Source: a virus
Direction: 5' to 3' (one strand)
Virus record (IMG/VR): IMGVR_UViG_3300027863_000019
Location: 64,001 to 128,000 of that record
DNA length: 64,000 nucleotides
Below are positions 45,009 to 57,000 of the stretch, piece by piece. A program made the translations under genes and the position numbers. The notes below the pieces were generated by a model. That model searched no databases and was not told where the DNA came from. It saw only the letters and a list, made by a program, of their open reading frames with translations. The first letter of the stretch is position 1; every line of letters begins with the position of its first letter.

Positions 45009-48000
45009 ATGCCCGACGATAGCCCCTTTATTTTAAAGGTAGACAATTCGGCACTCGATCAAACTATCGAGAAAGCCAAGAAGACCGCTACCGAACTTAC
45101 CAACGCTCTTAGTAAAGCAAGTGATAGCGTAAAGGCCTCGCTCGCAAAGGCTTTTGCACCAAACCAGATTAATACCTGGATGTCTGGGATTCAAAGTAAG
45201 CTTGCTGAGCTACAAAGCAGTTCAAGCCTAAAGACTACCTTCACTGTTGATGTGTCACAAGTTGGTGCAGCTCAAACAGCAATGAAGGCATTAGAGTCTC
45301 AAGTTGCTGCAATTCAATATTCCGCAAAACAAGCCGCATCTGCATTAGAAGATAATATTGTTAGAGCCGTAAAAAGATCCGTACAGCAAATAAAACTCCT
45401 TGGCGAAGAGCAAAAGAAGGTTCAAGAGAGTCTTGCTAGCGCTACTTCCCCTGCGGCCGGAGTTACAATCTTTCCTGAATATAGGCGAGAGCTACAAGCT
45501 CAACGCCGAGCGATTGAAAAAGAAGTAGTTCAGACTAAAACTGTCTTACAACAATTACAAAACCTTTATAGAGAGTTCGTTAAGGTTCAAAATTCTGTTG
45601 ATAGTATCGCAGTTGAAGTAAGTAACTCACCAACAATGGCGAAAGCCATTCAAAAGGTTTCTAAGAATTTCGGTGAAGGCGTTCAAATGGCTTTGCCGAA
45701 AGGTGAAATTGCTAAGGACCTTAGAGACTACGTTTTATGGCACCAAGAGCAAACTAATAAAGCTCGAGATGATATTACCAAACATCTCGAGAATATGGAA
45801 CATGCAATTGGTGGTCGTTTAAGATCCCTTCCAGATCCTCTTACTTCTGATCTTCCACGCAAGCGTGCAGAAGAGTTAAAGAAGACTAAAAAAGAACTCG
45901 AGGCGCTTTATAATGAAGTTGCTGGTTTAAGAAACAAATCTGGAACTCCACACGATATTATTGGAGCTCTTGAAGGTCCCGCTCTTGGTAAGATGTATGA
46001 ACAATTCTTAAAAGGTCTTGTTGGAGTTGATGAACTTAACGCTCAGATTGTTTCAAGGATTGATGCCTACACTGCAAAGAGTCGTGAGATTACTTCAAAG
46101 TATCTCCACCTTATGGAAGCCTTTCCAGAGCACATTAAAGCTGGTGGAGAAAGAATCGTTCCTGGACTTTCTGGTCAAGCCCAAATTCCGGTTACTATTG
46201 TTGATCCAACCCCAGCTGAAATCAAGGGGTTACAAAATAGAATTGCCCTTCTCCAAGGTCTTTCAGTACAGTCTGAAAAGACGAAACAAGAGATTGCGAG
46301 TTTACAAGCTCAGTTAGCTTACTTTGAACGTGGAGGTAAAATTACTCAAGTTCCCGAACTTCAGGAAGGAGTGACTCCTAACGTTCGTCACGTTACTCAC
46401 GGTTATAGAGAACACGAATTTACTCCTGAAGCTTTAATGTCGGGCGAGTCAGTAGAGAAACTCGAAGAGTATCGTCAAGCTCTCGCCGGTCTCGATATAG
46501 CTTATAGATCTTCCGCTGACTCCGAAGAATTATTTGCGGATCGTATGAGAAACCTTGGAACCATTATTGGTTTCACTGATTCGAAAGATAAACTTCTTTT
46601 GGAGTACTTCCAACAGAACGAACAAATCGCGATGAGAGCGAGAAGGTTATTTGATGGCGTAAAACAAAGCGCTACCGATATGCCTTCCGTAGCAGAGAAG
46701 ATTAAAGAGATTTCAGGAGTCGCACGCGAGTCGTTAATGAAGCCTGGATTCGAAACGTTTGATCTCTCTGAAAAGTTGAAAGGAAGTATTGGAAACGCTA
46801 CTGGATATGTAAGAAGAGAGTTTGCCGATACAACTAAGAGTGCACACGAAAGTTTACTCAAGCTCAAAATGATCTCTGAAATTTTTGGTGAAGAGATTAC
46901 TGCTCCATTTAAGAGCGTAATAAATTATATTCGTGGTTACAAAGATGAAGCTGGTGTAAGTCAAGGCATTGGTCCGAAGTTTAATATGACTGCAGCTGGA
47001 CCTTTTGGAACTCTAGAACCAGTCTTTAAAAACTTCGAAGACAGAATGCAACGCATCAACGCTTTGATGATGCAGTTCGATACCCGCCCCGCAGAGACTG
47101 CTCCTAAACTCGAGAGTGAACTTCTTGGCATGTCAAACCTTCTTACTGGTGTTGCTGGTAAATATAAAGATATTCGTAATGAAGCTTCAGATATGGCTAG
47201 CGCGTTTCGAATTCAACCAATCATGTCTGAGATTCAAGCGATATTTAATAATCCGGCGCTTTCAAGTCAGAATTTAATTCAAGCCCAAGTAGCAGTTGCA
47301 AAGTTGAATGAAAAGTTTGATCAGATGGTTAAGTATGCTCCAGAGCTTGAACCTTTGCGTCAAAAGATTCGTCAGATCACTGACGAGTTCATTAGTACTA
47401 AAGCTATCACAGTTACTGAGCACCCTCAAGTTAAACAGTGGACAGCAGAAGCTGAAGCACTGAAAGCTCAAATGGAAAGACTCAAAGAGCAGAAACCTAA
47501 AGGAATTGCCGTTGCTCCCGGTCTAGCCGCTGAAGCAGATGAAGCTCAAAACCGCCGCGCAGTAGATTTATGGAAGCGTGAGATGGAATCCGTCGAGACG
47601 ATGTATAATGAACGTATGCAATGGATTGCACGTCAACGCGGAACGCCAATTGAAATCGATGAAGCTGGAGTTCGGGCGGCGTTTACAAAATTCGATACTC
47701 AATTACAGCCTTTTAAACGTCAATTAAATTTTAGTCAGATAATTGGTGATGCATTAACAAACCTTTCGCGTTTAGGTCGGGAAGCTGGAGACGTTGGAAG
47801 TAATGCTTCAATGATGCTTGATAAGATTTTCAAGCTTGTTGAGATGGTTAGCGTTGCAACTAAAACTGGTCTAGTCAAGAGTGAGAGTGAAGAGCTTCAA
47901 AAAATGATGGCAGAGATGAATCAATATACGGTTCATCTTAAATCTGAACACTTACCTGTCGTTGAAGCTTTAGGAAAAGAGTATCAAAGATTTGGTGATA

Positions 48001-51000
48001 AGGTTCAAACCGTTATTGGCGGATTCCTATCAAAAACTGAGCGTGGTGCTCTACCAAATATTATTCGCGAAAAATTTGCTCCACCTGAATTCGATGAAGC
48101 AATGCCTTTGGAAGAATGGTTAGGAAGCTTATCTGGAGGTCATCGCTTCTTCAAACCGATCGGAGGTGAACACGATAAATCTTTTATCGAGCAATTCGCT
48201 CCCCCAGGATCCGAACGTGGTAAACAGTTAACCGTAGCTGATATGTTTGGAACTGGACGTCTTGAGTTAATTGATCAAGCAACTGGAAAACAAACTCAAT
48301 TTGGAAAAGCTGTTGAGTTTGTTAAAAGTCAATTAAGGGAGCCAGGCAAGTTTGAATCTTTCTATCAACCCGCGATGCAGTATACTCAACGGTTAACCCA
48401 TTACATTCAAACTTTACGTGCTGAAATAATTGAAACCGCTAAATCTGATCCTAAAATGGCATCAATGGTTTTAGCGTTAGATACCGCACAATCAAAAGTT
48501 TTTCATACCACTGAATCGTTTAAGGCTCTAAAACGTTCAATCGAAGGTATTGGCCCAACTCAAGGTGCATTCTCACCGAATATGTCCCTCATTGGTAGGG
48601 AGTTAGCAGCTGTTACAGATGCGGCTACTAAATCGATTGACTCGCACGTTCAACAATTTCAAGAACGTTTAAAAGGTATTCTTCAAAAAGGCGGACCGCA
48701 AGAGATTTATGGTGCTATTAAAGAGGCCATGAAGCTTCCTGTTGGATCTTTTGATCAACCTATTTCTTCTCAGGGTATTGGTCAAATCCTCTTTGGTGGT
48801 GGTAATGAATCCCTAATAAGGGGTATGAGCTTTGAACGTCTTACTCAAATCAAAGCAGGTCTCGGTGAGTACTTCCAAGAAGTCGTCGAATCAGGTTGGG
48901 GTGCTGGAGCGATTAAACGTGCTCAGGCTATTATTAAGAGATTGTATACCGGTATTAATGAGGAGATGCACACTCAACGTGCTGAGCTTTTAAGTAAGGG
49001 CGAGCAACTTCCGACACTTTCTGATGAGACTATTCTGCCTTCAAGATGGGCTCAGGAGCCAACAGAGAAATTTTCAAAGCAAATGAAGAGTGCAACAAGA
49101 GCTGTTATGGAAGCTCTTGTTGCCGCAGATACTGAAACTTTCCCAGATACTGCACCATTCGTTCAAAAGATTTCGACTTGGTCTGTAGGTCAAATCGATA
49201 AGATTATCAAGACCTTAAAACAAAAGACCTCACAGAAAAGTCAAGAGTTTGCAAAAGCTCTTGTACCTGGAGAGTTAGCAGAATCACCTGAACAAGAGAA
49301 AATGCTTATCCAGATGATGAACTGGGAACGTGCGATTGCTTCAGCCGAGAAAGTTAAACAAGGCAAGCTGGATGAACTGCGTAGAAAAAGAACGGCTGCC
49401 GCGAAGGATGTGGGAGTTGAGGGTGAAGATGTTCTAACAAGTGAAGCTATCTCAATTGCTGAAGCCGCACCTGGTGCTGGACGAAAGATTGTTGAAAGCA
49501 TTGATAGCGTAACTGCGCAGAAAGTAGCCGCACTCAAACGCCAGATCGCTCAAATGAAGGGAGCTGGTGGAGCTGCTGCACTAGTTGATTATGAAAAGGG
49601 AATGGCTGAAGGAATTAAACAGCCGGGATTCCTTGAAACTGTTTTAGGACCTACTCAAATCGATCCAGTTAAACAAAGACTGTCGAATCTTATAAATCCA
49701 TTTGTTCAAATCAATGCTGAGCTTGAAAACCTTGGAATGGTATTTAGTCGTCAAGGTAGGCCAGTTGCAGCTTGGAGCGAGTTACTAAAAGCTGGTCAAA
49801 CCACTATCATGGACTTAATCAAGGAAGTTGCTAAAGTCAGTCCAGCAACTGATACCCTTGATGAGCATATCATGAAGTTTAATGCGACAGCGTCTGATGA
49901 AAAGAAAGTAATGACCTTCGCGTCATTATTAGAAATGATTCAGTCAATCAAGATCGCTCTTTCAGTCGCGATTCCAGAATACCAGAAATTGGTAGATACT
50001 GGTGACTTTACTGGCGCTGCTGCAAAGCGAGAAGATCTCGTATCTACTACGAGACTGTTAACAACCTTGATGCAGGAACTCGCGCGTTCTGAATCTGCGG
50101 TAGTTAGTAACGAATTTCTAATTGAAGATTTACGTCGTCGTGAAATTACTACCCTTCGTGAGTTAGGTCAAGCATATCGAATTCATAAACTTGAAGCTCA
50201 AGAAAGTATTGGACCTTTAGCTTCTGCAAGTAGAGCCGAACAAGCTAAAGCCGCGCTTGCTGGTCGAGACATCCTTAGACAATCAGTTATCTCTGCTCAA
50301 TGGAGAGGTGAGAAAACTACTGAGCCTGGTGGACCATTTGAAGGTATTGGTGAACCAGTTGGAACTATTGCTGATGTTTCAGAGAAGATGCTTGGTAGAT
50401 GGGATCAACTTGCGAATATGCGGAAAGGTATTGTTGATGTTATCAATACTTATCGTACAGCAAACAAAGAATTTGAGTATGGAGTTGCTGAGCCGAAGAA
50501 TTTAGATGACTTGATTGCGAAGCTTATGAAGTTCAATCGAATTCTAGAAGAAGGAAAAAATCTTCCTCCGACGTGGCAAAAGTCTTACGAGAATGCTTTT
50601 AAGGGAGTCCAACCATTTTTACAAGGCGTTTTAGAAGCAGCTAATAAAGCAAGCACAAGTGCGGGTAGAACTAGCTTTGCTGAGAAGTGGGCTGGAGATA
50701 TTCAGAAAGCTCGTGATGAAGCAGCGCATTTAATTATTGAAATGCAAGAGCTGACCAAGCTTATGCAGTCAACGCCACGCGGTGCTGAAACGCAACAAAA
50801 ACGTATTGCACAATCTGAAAGAGCTGGCGAACTTTTAGAGCGGGCCGGTGTAGTCCAGCTTGAAATGAGTAAGGATTCTCATACTCCCTCTGAAGAGATG
50901 AGGCTGGCTGCTGCTGCCACCCAAGAGTTAAAAGCAGCTTCAAGTGGTAACTTATCGCTTTGGGAACGTATTACTAATACAGTTAAAACAACTCGCAATA

Positions 51001-54000
51001 ACTTCGCCGACTTATTCATGTACCAAGTTCGTTGGTATACTTCTATGATGATTTTCTGGGGCGTATTCAATAAAGTGGGAGAAACATTTAAAGCCCTTGT
51101 TGAAACGCAACACCAAATCCAACGTGCTGTAAGAGCCATGCGTGAAGAGTCTGGTGAGATTGTTCAACACTGGGCGCGCCTAGAGCACGTCGCTCAAGCT
51201 AATATTTTCGAGAATATGGTTAAGTGGGCCACTGATGCTAAACAAGCTGGTGAGGTTTTATGGCAGTTAGGTTCTGCCGGTCTTAACGCTTCCGAGTCTC
51301 TTGCAGCTCTTGGACCAGTCCTAGGCTTGATTAGAGCTTCTGAAGGTGATACCACAGAAACTACTAAAATTGTTGCTGGTGTATTTAACGTTCTGCAAGA
51401 TTCAATTGAAGGTGCCGCACAAGCCGGAACCAAGTTTAGAATTATTACCGACGTTATAGCGAAGGTGTTTAGAGATCACCAGGTCGAACTTTCTGAGTTG
51501 AACCAAGGTTATCGTTTCGCTATTTCATCTGCTGATACTGCTGGTTTAAGTTTCTATGAATTATCCGCCATGTTGGGTGTCCTTAATGATAATATGATTA
51601 AGGGTTCTCGGGCTGGGCGTGGCTTACAACAAGTTTTGGTTCACATCGCTAAAGACCCCTACGAGATCGTCGCTTCATTCATTGAACTTGCTAAGCACAT
51701 GAATGTTCCTCTTGAGGTCTACGAGAAGTTACAGAAGCCAATTGCGAATATGTCAACAATGGAGCTCATGCGAGAGTTTAGTAATATTGTCAAAGCTTCA
51801 GGAAAAAGTTTGGAAGCTCTTAGTCGTGAGATGGATAAGTTTGGAATGATTGGTGGACGTACTCTTGCACCGCTTCTTTTGAATTTCGATAAAGTTGATA
51901 CGACCGTTCAACAATTAATTTTACATTCAACCGGATCTACTCAACAGATGGCGCAGCATATAACCACTACTATCGCTGCGAACCTCCGCCGTGTCGCTTC
52001 ATATTTTGAGCAGTACATGTATCCAGTTATTACTGGCCTAAATACTATTTTTAGTGCTACACTAATTGGTTTTGTTAAACTTGCTGGAGCGATGGAAGGC
52101 ATTCAGTCCAAAGTAATTTCAGGTAGTTTCGGTTCAATTGGAATGCCTGGTGTTGGTGGAACTATTGATGCATTTCTTAAAGCTGCAACTTTGATCGGTT
52201 CGATTTCAATTCTTTCTGCCCAACTGCCTGATAAGTTTAACCTCGTTAATAAAGCTTTAGAGTGGATGGGTAATAGGGGTGCTGCTGGCTTTGAAAAGCT
52301 GGGAGCTGGATTTTTAAATTTACTTGCAAGTACTGGACCTCTTGCACGAGCCTGGGGATCGATTGTTTCAGGATTTCAAGCTGGACTTAGCGCACTCTCA
52401 GCTGGGTTTGAATTACTAAAAACAACGTTGATTAGTGTTAATGCGTCTATCCAGTCTATCGGTGTAGGCGCTACATTAATGAAACCGTTACAGGCTGGAT
52501 TAACAGCAGCGTCGGCAGCTGCATTATACCTCTATGATTCGATTAAGCTCGTAGGTCTTGGTCGTACAATAATGGATGGTTTAATTACTGTAACGCTTGC
52601 TTTGGGAACCGCGCTTAAAGCAGTCGGAGCGGCAATGTGGGCACATCCTGTTCTTGCAGCCATTGGTTTAATCGCAGGCGCTTTTGCAATCGCTTATGCT
52701 TATGTAAAGATCTGGAAAAAAAGTGTGGATGATGTAGTTGCGGAGTCGATTGAATCTGCTGCGAAATATCAAGAAAAATTGACAGAGCTAGAACAAAAGT
52801 CAATTCAAGCTCATCATGCGTTATCTAACATTAAAGAAAACAAGGAAGCATATAGGGCATTAATTTCTGGTGCCGAGGATTCCGCTACTGCTACAGATAA
52901 GCAAAGAAAGGCTTTCGATGACTTAATGAGATCTGCCGGTATTGAAAGTAATACCATGAAGGATAATACAATTACCGTTGGCGAACTCAAACAGCGATTT
53001 AGTGAGCTAACTCCTGAAGTGCAAGAAAATGTGAGAGCCCTTAACGCACATTATAATGCTGTGTTAAGTAATAAAGAACTTCAAGAAAAATTTATTGAAA
53101 GTCTTCGCAAGCAAGTCGAAGCGATGGAAGCTACCGCTGAGGCAGCTAAAAAAGCTAAACAAGAGTTAGCTGGTGGCTTCATGTTCAAGTCACAAGATAG
53201 TGAAGTGTCGGCAAAGAACTTCACTAACTGGATTCGTACGATTTTCATGAGTAAAGAAGAAAGATTAGCTTTCTATGAAGAACAGCGAGCGGCGGTGAAG
53301 GATGCAGAGAATTCGGCTAGGGAAGCCCGCAACCAAATCGCTAAGAGTTTTGAGTCTATTGGAACTTTACATATCTCGAATCCAATGAAAGATTATGTTA
53401 AGGAGTTGATGGGAAAAGGTAAAGATGAAACAGAGATTAGAGATGCGTTAGAAAAAGCTTTCATGCCTCCGAAGAATTTGAGCTTTAAAGATTGGAAGCC
53501 AAATATTGAAGGCTTTGATTATGACGTTGCATTGAGACGCATCTTTCCAGACAATGCAGTACTCGAGAAGATTTTTAAAGAGGGTGCTACCGCTGAAATC
53601 TTTGGCGCGAAGGCCGCCAAAGAAATTGAAAAGATTGATACTAGTAAAGCATCTGGAATGGCTGAAGCTAAACGAATCGCGTTCGCTGCATTGCTTAATA
53701 AAATCTTCCCAAGTCTGTCTGATAAGACTTTAGAATCCGCTGGCGTTAAATTAGGTCCAGAGGCTATGAATAAGTATTTAGACGCCTTAAATCGCGCACA
53801 TGAACAATTCTTAAAGACTTTAGGGGCGCATGAACAAGAAGTTAACCAGTTCTACCTTAAAGCGGGTGAGTCTGCTGTTGGAGCGATGAAGCAAGGTTAT
53901 GATGCTCAAGCGTTTGCAACAGAAGCGTTTGGAATGGAAATGACCCGCTTGAATCAAGACTATATTCGTACACAACAAGAGTTTGCCGAGAAACGTCAGA

Positions 54001-57000
54001 TTATTGAACGTAAGCATGCAGAGACTGGACGCGAAGTTCCCAAGGTTGAAATGGATACCTTGAATATTGAGGAACAAACTGCACTACTTAAAGTGCGTCA
54101 ACAACAATTCGAACTCGCAAAGAAGATTGGTGACCTTACAGCTAAGGCATGGCAAGAAGGTGCTGGCGAAGTATTGAAGTATCAGTACTCAATGAAGAAC
54201 TTAGAAGCCAAACAAAAAGAACTTCAAGCTACTGAAAAACTTTCTGAGATTGAAAAGAAACTTGCCGAGAATGTTCGCGTCAGTATGCAAGAGGCCGAAG
54301 AAGCTCACCGCTTAAAGATGGAGTACCTCAAACTAGAAGCGGAAGGTAAAAAACTTGAAATCGAGTACAATAAGACCTCCGAAGAGATGAAGTTGAATGC
54401 GGTCATTCGCGAATCTCAAATGCTCCTCGCAAAGGATGCAGTTGAGAAGGATGAACGTTTGAAATTAACTGATGTACAAAAGCAAATGGTTAATAATCAG
54501 ATTGCGATGGCCGAACGTCAATTATCACAATTAAGTTCCTTAATGGGTATGCAGATGGCTGTTGCCCAGCAAGAAATGAATACGAAGGTGAAACAGGAAG
54601 ACGAACGCGCGTGGCAGGAACGTGGAAAGATTGCTATTCATAATCTTCGTACAATGCTTGAAGGTCAAGCCGCAGTAGTCGGTGAATTCTATCGTACACA
54701 AATGCCAACCGGTGCTTCTGGTGGAGATAGTGGAACTTCTAAGTACTTTGAGAGGGGTGTTCACGGTTCTGAAGCTAAAGCTGAACATATTGTGGGAAGG
54801 CTTGAAGGTCTTGATCCTGAGTTCATGAAACGTTTGAAAGGCCTTGCAGACGAGTATTATCAGATTACTGGCAAGGTCATGCGTGTTTCAGATGCTTTCC
54901 GTTCATATCAAGAACAGGTTGATTTAAAGAAAAGAAAGCCAACTTTGGCTGCAACTCCTGGCTACTCAATGCATGGGTATGGATTAGCCGTTGATATTGA
55001 TACTGCTCAAGCTAATGAAATGGCTACGATGGGTCTACTTGAGAAATGGAATATCTATCGTCCAATGCTTGGTCAGGGTGGTGGTAAGAATGAGCCTTGG
55101 CATTTACAACCAACTGGAATGAGAGCAGAAACTGTTAAAGTTCCAATGAATATTGCAGTTGATTATAGTGCTGAGAAAATTCCACCCGCATCAGTGGAAA
55201 AAGCAAAACTTTCTCTTGCCGGAGAGATGCAGGCCGCTATTGATGAAATGCTCAAGATGTTGAAAGAACGCGGAGAGAAAGCCCAACCTCAAATCAAGAA
55301 AGGGATCACAGAATTATTCAATACCTTAAAGGACCTTCACATTGATCCTAAAGATATTGATTTATATTCTAAGTTCTTCGATTCATTAAAGAATGTTGCA
55401 ATCGCGGCTGGCATGCCTGTTAAGAAAATTGCTGACCTTATTACTGAAGCATATAAGAAGCAGTTTGATCAAGGCGTAGTATTTGATGTTCCTCTCCTTG
55501 TAAAATATACCGCTGAAGCTCGTGCGGCTGGTGGAACAGATGAACAGGTTCGTAAACGCGTTCAAGAAACCTTTAGAGTAGCCTTCGAGCACGAAGAGAA
55601 CTGGACGAAAGATAGATTCCAAGGAATGATGGATTTCATTTCTAATGGAGTCACTGAAACTGGCATCTCTGGTAAGAAAGTGTTCGCCCAATTAATGACG
55701 GACATCTTTACTCCTTCTAAGCTCCAGATCATGTTGGATAGCGATATTGATCTTATCGATATGTTCTATCAACAGATCGCTAATCTTGGAAGGAAACTTA
55801 CGAATAGTGATGTAACACCTACCAAGATTGGTAGAACCTTTGAGACCGCTATTCGTGGTATTATTTCTTCTGGGGAAGAATTAGCTCCTGAGAAATATGA
55901 GAAACTCGTTAACGCCCTTTCACAGATTCCTAGAATCAATCTGAAAGAAGCAGCATCGGATGTTGAGAAGTATTGGCAAGCAATTGGTAACACTCGAGCA
56001 TTGTCAATGCCCGATCTTGGAACGATGCAACGCGATATGATGCGGTTCGGTTCTACTTCAGATGAAGTTTGGAAAGCGATTGGTGATGTCGCCGATGTTC
56101 AGATTCGTCGTATGTATGCTTCGTGGGAAAAAGGCTCCGAACAAATGAAGGGTGACTTTAGCACCTTGAAAGAGTTAAGTGGTGCCTTCTGGTTAGGAAT
56201 GCTTAAAGGTGTTGCTGACTACGCTTCTAAACTTAAAGACCCGATCAGACGTCTTGCCGGTGAGATCACCGAGATTCTCAATTCGATGCAGTCATCTCTT
56301 GAATCGATTATTAGTGATACTCTCAAGGGTGACTTTAAAGGATGGAATGAGTACCTCACTAAGTTCGGTGAGAACTTAATTAACATTGCTTCTAAGAACA
56401 TGTCAGAAATGATCATGCAATCGTTGACTAGCTGGGTTGGCGATGCGATGGGAATTAAGAAACCGAGACCTGGTGAAATGTCTCAAAAAGAAGCTGAAAG
56501 TTTTGGTGCGAAAGAAGGCGAACGTCAGTCAAGAGCTAACATTGAACAGACCATGCAGCATACTGAGAAGATCAAGACTGGTCAAGAAAAGGTTATTGAA
56601 AATACAAAAAGAATCGCTGATAACGTTGCTGAGCTTATCGATGTAGTGAAACAAAAAGGCGGAGAACATCCAAGCGAAACTAGATCAGGAACTACTGGCG
56701 GAGAAAGAACTTCTGAATCTGGTGAGAGAGTTGGTGGTATTTCAGGCGGTGGTGGTGAAACTGGAGTAGGTCCTATCGAATCTGGGGCTTCGGAAGTCGC
56801 TGCTGTAATGCCAAGCTCGAAAACATCTGGAGCGGTTGAAAGGGCAGAAGAGAAACCTTTAGTCGGTTATGAAACAGAAGGTTGGGATGCAGGTCTTTCG
56901 AAAACTGAAATTGAGGAATATAAAGCAAGAGGGATTCCAGTTCTATCTGAAGATGCGGGTGTAACTGGAGAAATTAAAGAAGAGACTAGACCTGATTTCG